62,861 nt of DNA, filler included, from Bigelowiella natans CCMP2755 (GCA_000320545.1; 8 parts of 8 records of this genome joined end to end with filler, not necessarily neighbours in it), one strand, 5' to 3'; counted from the first letter of the whole stretch, positions 27,555 through 40,004 are shown. The notes: generated by a model not told the origin, from the sequence alone. Numbers and translations are program-made.

Positions 27555-28778
27555 TTATTTCCAGAATTTCTGTGCAGACACGTTCTTGTCAGCATCCTTC
27601 TTCATAACCTTAGAGACGGCCATCTCGAAGTCCTCTTGCGTGACATGCACGCGACGTTCCCTAAGAGCGAACATTCCCGCTTCGGTGCAAACCGCCTTCG
27701 TCTCTGCCCCGGACGCCCCTTTCATCTTGGCGGCGATCTTTCTTAAGTTGATACCGCGCATCAGGTTCATCTTTCGCGAGTGGATCTTCAGGATATGCAG
27801 TCTCGCTGCCTCACCAGGATTTGGAAATTCGATTTTCCTGTCGATTCTCCCAGGTCGGAGCAGTGCGGGGTCTAAGATGTCGATACGGTTCGTTGCCATG
27901 AGAACCTTGATGTTTTGTGTTGGCTCGAAGCCGTCCAGCTGATTCAGCAGCTCCAGCATAGTACGCTGTACCTCTGAGTCACCACCACCTCCCTTTGAGG
28001 AATCCATTCTAGTGCCGCCGATGGAGTCGATCTCGTCCATAAAGATGATGGAGGGTGCGTGCTGTCGTGCCAGCACAAACAGCTCCCGCACCATCCTGGA
28101 TCCCTCTCCAATGTACTTTTGCACCAGCTCGGATCCCGACACGCGAATGAAACAGCAGTCGGTATGGTGTGCAACAGCACGGGCCAGGAGGGTTTTCCCT
28201 GTTCCGGGAGGGCCGTAGAGGAGGACACCTTTCGGCTGAGAGATTCCAAGACTGTCAAAGAGCTCTGGATGCTTGATGGGCAGCTCAATCACTTCCTTAA
28301 TCTCCTTGATCTGCTTGTCTAAGCCACCCACCATGTCGTAGGTTGCGTCTGGGACCTTCTCTACACGCATAAGGCTGACGAGAGGATCGACCTTGGTGGG
28401 GAGGATCTTATGCAAAAAGTAGCTATCGTTTCTCAATGCCACTCGCGTACCGGATGTGCACTTGTCAATGCTGATTCCTTTGTCGATATCTACAACGTAT
28501 TTTCCTTCTGGATGAACCTTAACCAGGACTTTCTTCTTTCCCATGGCCTTTATGACCTCTCCCACGTATGAACCCGGCTCTTGCAGCAACTGAAGCTCCT
28601 CCCTCAGCTTTCTGACTTGCCCATTGAGCTCGTTCCTTTGCGCCGCGAGACGTCGCAGGTTCCTGGTTCGATCCTGGTTAACTATCTCGAGGGAGTCGAT
28701 CTTGGCTTGGTAGTAGGAAAGGATGCCGTCCCCCTTCGTTTCATCCTGGATGAGGCGCTCGACTTGCGCAGAAGCCAT
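27555..28778 (-). CDS. RPT6: 26S proteasome regulatory AAA-ATPase RPT6 (PSMC5/SUG1)
   Basis: Intact 407-aa ORF with [18 protein letters not shown], Walker [41 protein letters not shown] and Walker B IIFMDEID. Confidence 0.98.
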   Translation of the reverse strand: MASAQVERLIQDETKGDGILSYYQAKIDSLEIVNQDRTRNLRRLAAQRNELNGQVRKLREELQLLQEPGSYVGEVIKAMGKKKVLVKVHPEGKYVVDIDKGISIDKCTSGTRVALRNDSYFLHKILPTKVDPLVSLMRVEKVPDATYDMVGGLDKQIKEIKEVIELPIKHPELFDSLGISQPKGVLLYGPPGTGKTLLARAVAHHTDCCFIRVSGSELVQKYIGEGSRMVRELFVLARQHAPSIIFMDEIDSIGGTRMDSSKGGGGDSEVQRTMLELLNQLDGFEPTQNIKVLMATNRIDILDPALLRPGRIDRKIEFPNPGEAARLHILKIHSRKMNLMRGINLRKIAAKMKGASGAETKAVCTEAGMFALRERRVHVTQEDFEMAVSKVMKKDADKNVSAQKFWK

Positions 28779-29344
28779 CGTTGCGTTTGGTCTGTCTTTG
28801 GAAGGAGCCTTTCAATCAAAAGCCAAAACATGTGAATCCGACTCTTGCGACATGCAAGTATTTGGATTTCGATATCGAAATGGGTCCGGCACAGGATCCT
28901 AAAAAATCGCCCCGAAATGACCCAGGGATGCGGGGGCTTCCGCCGAAATCTTAATGAAAGGCCATGTCGTAGTCTGTTCTTCTGACATGCCATAGCAAAC
29001 ACCTACGCTCCTCCGGCGCTAATTTTCGAGGCCATCCGGACACTTTGATTGTCTCAATGTGCAAAACAAATCCCTTTCTTGATGTGCAACACAGTGCCCT
29101 TGTCTTTCGTTTAATCTGATGCTTTTTGATGTCGCAGAATGTGAACACATGAGATTTAACAGATTTTAGAGGTACATTCTGGATGAGCATTTATTAGTGG
29201 TAACTGAAAGGGCAATGATCCCCATCTAGAGCACAGCCCGTTAGTGTCAAAACTGCAGCAGTAATAGACCATTTATTTTGGATGTTTTCGGGACAAATGT
29301 AAATTTACATTTTCCATTCACATCGTAACCGACATTGGAGATAA

Positions 29345-29773
29345 ATGTACTCTGGTGGGCGACCTCCCCCTAACCCCAACTCGAGCGGGAAACTCCTCCC
29401 GGATCACGATGAAAAGACGGAGACCTCTTCCAAAGCGAGCAGCTTTACGCAGTTCCTGGAAGAATGCAACTTGGGTTCCTACAAGAACGTAATATCCACG
29501 AAAATGCTTCACAGTCGCGTCTTTTGCTTGCTTTTCGCGCGCATGCTGCACACTGTGCATGTCACACATTTTATTTACTTAGGCTCTAATGGAGGCATTC
29601 GCTGAGAAGTATGCACTGGAAAAACTGCTCACTTTATCCAGGAAGGTTCGGATATTTGCATATTTCTGTGTACACATGCAATGACTTCGAATGCACGATT
29701 TTCCTAGCACAAAATATATTTTGTTTTATATGTGTATATTATATGCGCGGGTTCGCATTATATGTATGTGTAT

Positions 29774-29863
<90 letters not shown>

Positions 29864-30820
29864 AGTGTGTGTGTGTGTGTCAGTTCTGTGCTCGATTTGA
29901 CGAAGCGATGCAACAGCACATTCGGTTACCACCCATTAAAGAGAACATCTGTTCCTTCTCGGCGTGGTTTCGCATGGATCCTGCGATTGAAAAATACAAC
30001 GGGTTCCGTAATGGAGGCGGTGGGTACTAACTCAGCAGCAACTATTACAACCGCGATAAGAACTACGGCTTGTCAATTTTCAAAGTCGATGACAAAGTAT
30101 CTGGCATCTATGTCGCGGAGAGGGGAGGTTAGACAGCTTTCTTGCCGTCCTTGCTGTCGTTGTTGTCGTTTTCGTCATAGAATGTGCGTATGCACCCTTT
30201 GCGTATTTTGGAATATCGTGGTTGCGGCCGCTTCGTTGACTTCGTTTTAGCAGAACAATAAATACCAAATAGGACGAAAAAGTTGTAAGACGCAGAGAAT
30301 AGTGTAAGATATGTAGTGATATACAGACTCATATACCACTACGACAACCCCATATTTTTCCACAGGCCCTCATTTTCGTCTTCAAACGAACGTGTGCGAT
30401 GGAAAATGGCATCACATTGCCCAGACAAAATCTGATGTATATGTCGATGGGACTCGAGTCGGTGCTCTCAGCAACAAGCTCACGCAGGCCAAGGGATCCT
30501 TTCGCATTGGTTATGGGAAAAAAGGAGAAGTTGGCTTCAGGAGCTCGAAGGGCGCCAACATTGAGATTTTCAACTTTATTCTTTTCGCAGAGACCCTTTA
30601 CCCAGAGGAAATCAAAAAGTGCGCGGCAGATAAAAACGCGATGTATACTTGCAATCCAGTTGCGTTTCTGCCGCTGTGCTCTGACTGCAGGGATATAAGT
30701 GGCAACGGATATCATGGCTCGCCATGTGATAAGAATGGGCAGAAAATTCCTTTCGAGAAGCTGCAGGCCCAGCGTGGTTCGAAGAAGGGAGACCAGGAAA
30801 GTTTAAAAAAGAAAAAATGA
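29345..30820 (+). CDS. SAM-like plus LamG/concanavalin-A-like domain protein (multi-exon)
   Basis: FTQFLEECNLGSY resembles a SAM-domain start. DGKWHHIAQT..VYVDG...FRIG and DISGNGYHG are LamG-like motifs. Confidence 0.6.
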
Positions 30821-31957
30821 CGATGACGAAAGTGGAGGAAAATGAAAAGGTACTGATCAGTGTAGTACGATGAATAAGAAGTGGAAAAGTGCATTCTTAT
30901 CTGCTACTTTCTATAACATTTTCCTGAGTTGTTGTAAAGAACCCTTCTTCATCATCATCTTCTTCTTCTTCTTCTTCCTCTTCCTCCTCCATACCAACAT
31001 CACCGTTGAGTGCCACTCTGCAGTTACTTTATGTTATGCTTCTTTCGTTAACGTACACAACCCAGAATCCAGCCGCATCGACGCGAGTTGTTACCTCCGA
31101 GTACATCCAGCTCAGCCCCGATTGATTGATGGTGGATGGGTGGCCGCGTAACAGCTGTGTGTGCATGTGTGTGTTTGATTGTGAGTGTGTGTGTGTCCTC
31201 GCGTTGTTAATAACACGTAAATGCGTCTTCATGCGCACATCTTGAAAGATGAATATGATAGACAACCTAATGTGATGTACATTATGTATATTATATTAAA
31301 TATGATATACATGTATTATATGTGTGTCGTGTCACTATGTCCACAATGAATGCATGTTCATGATTGCCATGTACGACCACGAATCAACGAATCGGAACGT
31401 ACCTACCGCTGTGACTTTGCACTTGATTGTGCTGGCGTGACCTTACTGCCTTCGTCATTCATTGCATCGATCATCATATGATGTCTGTGGACATGTGCAA
31501 ATCACATTTCATTGCCACGTTACGTTTACGAGTTCCGGTCTGCTCTTCTTTGGCTAGTTGGTACCACGTGTAGGAGGCTGCAACATGCGCATGCAGGCGC
31601 GTTGCACATTGTCGCAGCCACTCCTAGCTAGACTCCTGCTAGACTCGGCCGCCCTTACCGCTGGCCTGACCACGCTAGCACGCGGCACGCGCATCGTCAG
31701 TTGTTGTTGCGCGCACGCGTGCGCGTGTCTTCTAGTCTAGGCGTTGTGGCGGCGCACGCACGTTGTTCATGGTCGTCGACCAATGCAATGCCAGAGATTA
31801 AGTGATCGCATCGATACGAGGAGTGGGCATATTAGGACTAGTATGCACTAGGTTCATCTGAATTGCAACTGAAAAAGAAACACGCGCACGCCTGTCAGGG
31901 ACCGCTGCGCGTGCTGCGCTGCGCGACATCGACGACGACAGGCGGACACGGATGCTT

Positions 31958-32640
31958 TCAAATGCGATGCATTGCATGAGCGATGCTACTTCTTGAATTC
32001 AAATGGCTTCGGAGCTTCCTCGTTGTTCTCCCATGTTTGGCAGCATGATATTGTTCTTTTGTTCCATGGTGACCTCCACTGTTTTTGTCATTTGCACATT
32101 CTGTCACATGTTCATGAGCATCTTCGCCACAATCAACCAAGTCCCAAGCGCAGAAACCGCAACCACAATTGTCACACTTGAGAGCAAAACAATCCGGGAA
32201 GCCCATGAACCCAACCTGCACAAATGTGCACAAATGAATTCTCATTTGTTCTGGAATGTTAAGCACTGCTAATTAAGAATGACGTGGGAGTTAGCAATGT
32301 TTCATTCAAAGTCCAGAACCTTGCATCGCGGACATGAATCTGAAGCCTCAACACCCCAATGGTCCGGATGACCCCCTGACTTTGTCTTGTCCCCTAAAAA
32401 AATTGGCAGTTGAAAATTCGTTCAACAAGCAAGGTCAATTGGTATCTTCACAATGGACACATCTAGACCTCCGAAGCTCAAGAGAATGTGCGTCTCGATG
32501 TGTAGGCGAGCTTGGTAGACCCCCCGTTCTTTTTCATCAAGCTTCTTGAATTTCTGCAATGATTCGGACATGTTCTAAGAGAATGCTCAGGTCTCGTTTT
32601 CGAACTTGTTTGTAGCGTCTCAGCATTCTAAGAATGTTTT
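31958..32640 (-). pseudogene. Degenerate RBR/IBR-like zinc-finger gene relic
   Basis: Fragments QARLHIETHIL and FPDCFALKCDNCGCGFCAWDLVDCGEDAHEHVTEC...GGHHG, with frameshifts and stops. Lies in a TpA-depleted domain. Confidence 0.5.
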
Positions 32641-33599
32641 CATTTCGCATGCACCGTCACTTGGACTCACCACACAGGAAATGGGCAAAGTCTCAACAAT
32701 GACACAAAGTGAGCCGAATCCTATTCGTTTGTGCATTCGAGCGAGAAAGTATTTTTTGAAACTACACGGTTAATTGCATGTTGTTCCACACACACACACA
32801 CACACACACGCACACACGCACACACACGCACACACACCATGAACGAGGTGTCTTTTGCTGAAACATCATTTGTCACAGGCTAGCAGGTGTGATGGTGAAA
32901 TTGGACTTGCTTTCCTTCAAGAAGAAGCTGATGGCATCCCATGATTCGTGTCAACCTGTCGCGCAATGCACCATGCTAGCATGTTGCACAAGCAGGGGCT
33001 TTGATGCTGGATTGTTCAAGAAGTTTGTGCCCTGTGAAAATCTCTAGATCTAGCCATGCTGATGATGATTTCTGGTGCAACTTCATCGTGAGCTGCAAAG
33101 TCGTGAGCTAGCTAGGTCGTCAAAGATGACAGACAACGCAACATCACATGTGCATTGCTAGATTGGGCACATTGCATTGCAGATTGCTGTGCGTGTCCAT
33201 GATGATGGACAAGGGCAACATTGCACGTGTGCACACGCACGTGTGTGTGCGTGCGTGTGCGTGTCATGCATCGCACATCACATCACCGCATCTGCAACGT
33301 GCGAAGTTTGCGCACGTGTGCAACAAAGCCATGCATGAAATGCAACAAAGCCACGTGTGAAATGAACTCGCATTGTGCTCTGGTGTCTCACGGGATCGAT
33401 GTGGATTGTCATCGTGTCCACTCGCCACGCGGACACGGTGAAGTCCTCCGCTGTGCAGTGCTCGCTTTTTTTTTCTTCTCCCTGGCCTCGTCTCGCGCGC
33501 TATCACATCGGCAACGCTTTCCAGCTTTGCGCTCTCTAGCTCTCGGTGTCAGTCTCAATTGTCACTTTTCGCGTCGATCGCAGCCATTCTCGCATTCGA

Positions 33600-34080
33600 A
33601 ACTGCATGACGACTGAGAAGAGACAGGTTAGTTGGGGACAACCTGACCCCACGTGCTCGCGTGACTGACAGGCCAGCACGTTCTGAGAGAGCTTGCACGT
33701 GCGTCCCACCGTCCCACCCCTCACACCGCTGGACCGCTTCGCAACAACCTGGCGTCTCACGCCTTGATTCCAGACTTCATCGTGAACTTTGTGCAAGTCA
33801 ATGAAGGCAACTGCAGAGTTCAAGTTTTGGATTTTGCGGAGGTGAAGCACAAGCAGTTGATGCAGGTTGAAGACACGAAAGTCGGTTCCGCACGCTCCCA
33901 AACCCACCCTGCTTGTGTGTCTGTTCCGCAAGGATCATCAGTGCGTTCCAAAAAGTCATCAACTCTTGTGGTCGCAACGCCGGACATCAACTTGCCAAGA
34001 GCGTTGAGCAGGCCAATGCCCCTGCAGTTTTTGAACTCCAATTGGACCCCTTTCTCTTGAAAAGAGGTGCCGTGCGTGAT
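33600..34080 (-). mobile_element. Degenerate non-LTR (LINE) reverse-transcriptase relic
   Basis: Frameshifted motifs in canonical order: PLFKRKG; KNCRGIGLLNALGKLM...QAG (cf. NYRGISLL...K...QAGF); VAFIDLHKVHDEVW (cf. FIDL.KAYD.V); GCPQ..CLFSVVM (cf. QGCPLSP.LF). Confidence 0.75.
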
Positions 34081-34351
34081 GCCGCTTCTGGCAAGGATCG
34101 TTCACAAAAGGAAAACGCACCCGCGCCTTTTTCTCCAAAAAAAGAACCATTTTGACAAGACGTTCGGTTTTTAGGTGGTGGTTTCCGAGGATTAAGAGGA
34201 ACAGCCGATTCTTCCTCTTGAAGGATAAAAATGGGTTGGCTTCATGCAAAATTCCCATGCATTTTGCAGGATTTCTTCCTCGGAGTGAAATTTCAAAGCC
34301 GGCCGAGCTGGTCTACTCACACAGGTGCTCTGCGACCACACAAAAGACCCA

Positions 34352-35515
34352 ATGCCCTATCGTTGGCTATCTGCGATTGCAGTGATATCATCACTGCTTC
34401 CCGCGATGACCCGTGCTGACGCAACGACTCGACCTCAGAATGACAAGTCAGATAGAATTAAAGGCGCATTCTTCGGGGCTCTCGTATCCGATGCTCTCTG
34501 CCTCGGGTCGCATTATGAGTATGATGCGAAGGCCATCAAGGAGGCATATAACGGGATAATAAGCGAGTACATGGCACCTGGAGAGATGATGGGAGGATCA
34601 ACGCATGGAGTGGGGTGGGGAAGGCGAAATTATCATCCAGGACAGAAGAAAGGTGACCAGACTGACTATGGTGAGTACAACGTATTGGTACTGGAATACC
34701 TGGCTTCTAGAAAGGATACGGCATCCGATATCGATCTGAACGAATTCATCCCTGTCTGGGAAAAACGCGTGACCGAGAATTGGGGTTGTTGGTTATGCAC
34801 GATGTCACGACAGACTCTTCAGCAAGTCAGAGGCGGTGCTCGCCATGACCAACTAGGCGGGTTTTCAAATGCAATGGCAGTGAGAAGCGCCGCCTTATTT
34901 GCCGTGTTCGAAAGCGAAAACAGAATCAAAAAAGCAGCTAGGACGGTATCGTTTACGCACAGAAACACAGAGGCATTGGATGGTGCGGAGTTTTTTGCTC
35001 GTGTTGCTTTTGCTGTGATCACCGGGGGTATAGACCCCAGACAGGCCATCGAGGAGGTCTCAGCTAAAATGTCACCATGGATACAAACGCAAGTGAAGAA
35101 AGGCATCGAAAAGTATGAAGAGGCCACTGATCCGACATCGGCTCTCTCAAAGGAGGAATACGTTGATGATTTGGCCATGACATCTATGGCAAGGCTGTGG
35201 GATGTTGGGAAAACAGAGCCTATAAAGGTCGGGAAGGCCTCTCCAACTGAAGGCACACTCCCATCATCAGTATATATCATACTGAAATATATGGATTCTT
35301 TCATAGATGCCGTGAAAGCGAATGCGATGGTTGGTGGAGACAACGCATCTCGTGGTGTTGCAATCGGCATGGTCCTCGGAGCGTATCACGGGGTCAGGGG
35401 CATACCAGAGACTTTTTTATCATCACTTAATGCGTACGAAAAATGTGATAAAATGCTCGAAAAATTGCCCCTGTTGCACGCAGGGACAGATCATATCCGT
35501 AAGGATGATTTGTGA
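34352..35515 (+). CDS. ADP-ribosylglycohydrolase (ARH/DraG family) with N-terminal signal peptide, intronless
   Basis: RIKGAFFGALVSDALCLGSH, QTDYGE, SNAMAVRSA, FTHRN and ANAMVGGDNASRGVAIGMVLGA. Hydrophobic leader MPYRWLSAIAVISSLLPAMTRA. Confidence 0.9.
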   Translation: MPYRWLSAIAVISSLLPAMTRADATTRPQNDKSDRIKGAFFGALVSDALCLGSHYEYDAKAIKEAYNGIISEYMAPGEMMGGSTHGVGWGRRNYHPGQKKGDQTDYGEYNVLVLEYLASRKDTASDIDLNEFIPVWEKRVTENWGCWLCTMSRQTLQQVRGGARHDQLGGFSNAMAVRSAALFAVFESENRIKKAARTVSFTHRNTEALDGAEFFARVAFAVITGGIDPRQAIEEVSAKMSPWIQTQVKKGIEKYEEATDPTSALSKEEYVDDLAMTSMARLWDVGKTEPIKVGKASPTEGTLPSSVYIILKYMDSFIDAVKANAMVGGDNASRGVAIGMVLGAYHGVRGIPETFLSSLNAYEKCDKMLEKLPLLHAGTDHIRKDDL

Positions 35516-36451
35516 CCGGTGTACTCACATGCAAACAAAGGAGCTTGTGCTAGTGACATTTGAACAAAGCCGTCGTGAATTTTGCTGTGAACACATTGGA
35601 TGGACAAAAAAATTGTGAATAATTGCGATGGTGTGATCTACACGGCACGTGCATCCATCTCTCGTGTCTACTCGTCATGTTTCCTATATTCCAGCAACCT
35701 GCGATGCCGACCACAGGCGAACTTGCCAATGATGCGCTGTGCGATGCGGCCAAGTGCACACATCCGCCATCCAATCCACAAGGGTGTGTGAGCGCGCCCA
35801 TTGCAGCTCACCTAGTCAAGTGCAACGCCACAATAATGATCATTGATTGACCATGCATTGTTCGTGCACGTGCTGACAATTGCATCACAGGTCGGTGCGA
35901 TGTGTGCACACGGTGCTCTTGCCTCATCCTCTCATCTAATCATCATCACTCGTCCATGGGTTCATGTGATCTAACCATGCGCACGCAGCAACTAATGTTG
36001 ACAACAAGTGCTGGAATGATGCTAGAAGAATGCCATGTTGTCGTTGCCAGCCCAGTGATGTAGCCATCAAAGGCTCTGCTGTTCGCACACCCCATTGCCT
36101 GGGATGTGCGGGCTTCAGAACACAGGTGGGACAGTTCACTGTCATTGTGCTTCACTGGTCATTCTGAACACGCAAACACACGTGCTTCCGTCACGTGTGC
36201 ACTTGTGAGTGCACATCACAACCAGCTTGGTGCGTGTGCATTGCAGATACGTGCACCTGTGTGCCAATTTGACGCACGTGTGGGTGAGAACGTGTGTGCA
36301 AAAGAACACGTGTTCGCGTGCGCAAACACGAACACAGTCATTGTTGAAGGTTCAATTTGGTTGTTCACTTGTGGGACACTTAGTCGTTCACGGCTGCCTT
36401 TCCCATCGTGCAAGCTAGCAAGCTAGCTTTGACTGAAACCTGCAGGAACCC

Positions 36452-36700
36452 GTGCAAGAATGGCCCGAAGTGACCTTTCGGACTGCAGCAAGCTCCAGGA
36501 CTCAAGAATTGCTGGAATGCACAGTTCGGCCAGTCGGCACGAACGGACTTGACCAGTGGATTCGGTGCGATGAGGAGAAAATGAAAAAAAAAGACATTGA
36601 GGAAAAAAACTTCGAGTCCAAAGAAATGCCGTGTGTGCAGTCTTCCTTGTGTTGCGTCAATGTGTGTGCGATGATCATTGCGCACCAGTCAAACGTGTGC
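36452..36700 (+). pseudogene. Possible decayed coding relic (resembles the C-terminal end of a USP/C19 peptidase)
   Basis: DQWIRCDEEK...PCV..LCCV would read W..YD(D/E)...PY..LYY if Cys is reverted to Tyr. Weak. Confidence 0.2.
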
Positions 36701-37713
36701 TGCAGCAACACACACTGGAACAACGTGCACGATCGAGAAGGTGACGTGGTGGACGTGCGTGGGGGCACACAGGGGATCTGAACCGCCCCAGCGCCGGTCA
36801 ACTGTTCCACTTTCAAGTGTTCAATGCGTGACTTGCAGGTTCGTTGTCCATCAGAATTCCGCTGGCCGGCACTTGAAAAACTGAACAATGCCAAAACGTG
36901 TGTTCGGAAGCAGGGAACTTCAACACCAAACGCACGTGGTGAGTGGTGCGCGGGATGCGTGCATCGCAGCTGAGCCATGCTAGCATGAGGTGCGACCAAG
37001 TTGCAAGCAAGAGCAGAGCAGGCACGGTTTGGTCAGATTCAGCGCTTGGCCACAATTTCTTCTCCTCCGTCAACAAACACAACCGGTCCTGGCCATCGGG
37101 GCTCTGTGAGGCATCGTCGCCAGGGAATGTCACAGAACGACCAGGCGACCAGGCCTCTCAGAGCGAACAATGAGAACAATGAACAAGCGAGCTCGGCGGA
37201 TTTCCGGAATTTCGTAAGGACGAAACAAAAGAAGATAAACTGCAACCAGGGCGAAACTTTCTACCGGAATTCGCTTGAACAGAGGGAATTTAGGGTAGAC
37301 GACAAACCAAAAAAATGGATTTACACTCCGCAAATCCTCCACTCCTCAAAATTTGTCAAAAAAACATGGCGTTTTTGCATTGCGGCAACTTCCCACTTCA
37401 CGAGAAGATGATTCGCAAGAGAAAAAAAAAAAAGAAACGTAGATCTAATAACTGGTGACGTACAAATAGTTTTTAGTAGTTGTGGGTTGTGGGGGAACTG
37501 ACCAAGCGCTGATTCCGACTAAACCGCGCTTGCCATTCATTGTCGCAGTGCAGAATGAGGCTGGGTGCAGACATTCGAAAGGGTTTCTACGGAATTGGCA
37601 GTATTCTTACCACGTGTATTTCTCCCCCCCTGAACTTGCCAGGCTAGAGTGCAACGCAGGAAGCTCAAATGCCTTTAAAGCCTTAAGGAAAACGTGAATA
37701 TCATCAGTACGAA

Positions 37714-40004
37714 ATGCCTGCAGTGTCCTCCCAATTGAAGTCAGGCAAATGTGTCTGGTTGCTGGCGCTTGTGGGGTTCCTGTTGCTTATCTTTAATAAC
37801 GGCACGGTTTCTACCCAAGGACCCGCGAAGGTGGGAGGCATTTTTTTTTCTAAGAGAAAGAATGGAAATGATAATTTTGAGATTTTGGAATGTTCGAAGG
37901 GGTGAAGAAGTTTTCGACGAGATGGCCACAGTTGTGTTTTCTTTCATCTCTGTTACCCGTTTGCATCCTGATTCGCCTTCTATCGCAGTTTGTCAAGAAC
38001 CTACAAACTCTGCCTACCAAGCCTACTCAGTCTGAGGACACAAAAACTTTGGATTTTAAATTTGACGAAATTCCTAAGTGGCTCAAGAAGCAGGCATTCA
38101 ATCCAAATAACACTATCGAAAAGTTCAAGCAGGGGTCTGTGTCACATCCTGGCCAAAAACGAACGATGATAAAAAATGCTTATGTGACAATGATATGTAA
38201 AACAAACTTCAGCACCTACGATGTTCCGAACGGTAATACTCATAATAATACTCCATGCAAAATGTGCGGGCTTGCTAGGATCAATGGGTACAAGTTGCGA
38301 AACAGCCTGATGCATGCAATCACCCGAGAGTTAGACCGCACCGTAGTAATTGTGCACAAAAATACAACTCAAGAAATAACTGTATATCTCAGAAAAGCAT
38401 GTGTATGTAGCGTAGACTAACAACGATCACTGGTCAATTGGTAGGGCTGAGATCTTAAATTGACAGGTATGGGCAGTGAGCTTACGGTTCTAATGCACGG
38501 GGCTGCTGTGCAAGCGATTGATAACGATAACGACACGGAATCGGTCCTCTTGTTGGTAACTGGAGGTATATGTCACGGACTTTCTCAATACCAGTTTTGG
38601 CCAGAGATACAGGTTTAACAGAGTCATTTTTGTTGTTTTCTTCTGCTCCACCAATTGAATGGCCATTGTGATCTGTCGCGCTTAGAACTCTGCCGTGTTC
38701 CTGAATATATCGCAACATTGCATCACTCATATGGTTGGCTTTCTCTTTGAACATTGCTTATTAATCGCAGAGAAACTATGATAGGATCATCCACCTGAAG
38801 GGGGAAACTGCACTGGAGCAACTTGTGATGCAATGGAAACACCAGAAGCACCTATGGCTAAAACTGCATATATTCAACATGACAGAATACGACACGGTCC
38901 TGTATATTTTGGATTGCTATACCATCATGTTTGCGCACATATATTTTATTGTGCCAGTCAGTGTTTCGTCTCCTGCCACCGAGAACACGACTACATATCT
39001 CATCTTACACAGCTTTCGCCAATTCACTGCTATCACATCCGCTTATTAGGTGGTATGGATGGGCTACGACACGATGCCATATCGAAGCGTTAAAAACGCT
39101 TTCGATAGATGCAACACAAACCCGGCCAATGATCCTAACAATGCCGGGTATCCATGCATGGCCGGCGGAAACGCTGACTTCATGATAGTGCACCCTTCCA
39201 AACAAGAGGCGGAGGCGATCTATAGCACGTTGAAGAATGAGGCTCAATTGTAATAAACAAATCGAGAGTCTATACACCATTAGCGCTTCGAGTTGGGGAT
39301 TCTGAGGGAGATGGAAGGCGGAGAGGGGGAATATATTCAGTTTTGGGTTGGTTTCTTAACCTTACATGATTAGTAGAAAAGTTATTAGTTATGATTTATT
39401 TTCCTCTACATGTACATTCCGAGTTGTTTTTCATATTCTCAAGTCCATGCCAAAGACGAATGCTTTCGCTCCTCTGCCGTCGAACACTTCTAGTTATTTT
39501 GCCATTTGAATTTGAATAGAGGCAGAGAATTATTCGCATCACTCAACATCTAACATCGTGAATGCACACAGGTACAGCAGCGACAAATGGAGAGGATACG
39601 ACAACTCTTTCTTGTTTGGCATGTACCGGGGCAGATTGCAGGCTATGGAGGTGCCGGACTACTGGCACGCTTACGTTCATCATTTTTCTGGTTATGCAAA
39701 GCCTCCTTTCCGAGCATATTGTAACTCATGGCTTCCTGAGGGCGCGTATCTTCCCGCATCGCACGCGGATTCTTTGTGGCTAGGGACATTTAACTCTACT
39801 AATCGTCCGGCATGGTGCAAAGATTTGATGACAACTCCGCAGGAATACATGTTCTGGCAGATAGCCCTTCACGAATTGAGACCTGCGGATAGAGTGAGGG
39901 TGACGAACATGTTGAATATTTCTCATCCGTTGAAAAATTTCCCAAAGGAAGCAGCGTGTAAACTTCCGAATGTGGTTCAGACTCTTACGAGATGGTGCGC
40001 ATGA
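37714..40004 (+). CDS. GT8/glycogenin-like glycosyltransferase, type II membrane (multi-exon)
   Basis: N-terminal TM segment, then NAYVTMI, WLKLHIFNMTEYDTVL|WMGYDT (DxD-region variant), NADFMIVHPS and VHHFSGYAKP (HxxGxxKP). Confidence 0.7.

Noticed and set aside
34352-35515. ARH gene as the enzyme behind the TpA-depleted domains
   Set aside because: Adjacency only. It has a signal peptide, and known reversal of thymidine-linked DNA ADP-ribosylation uses macrodomains (DarG type), not this family.
31330-37210. Classical CpG-methylation decay or fungal RIP as the cause of the CA/TG excess
   Set aside because: CpG remains common and TpA is lost rather than gained. Tyr->His/Cys changes polarise the direction as TA->CA/TG.
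35520-37411. Dense overlapping His/Cys-rich ORFs in all six frames (also 33100-34200 and 53400-54400)
   Set aside because: A by-product of TpA loss removing TAA/TAG stops and Tyr codons; not real genes.
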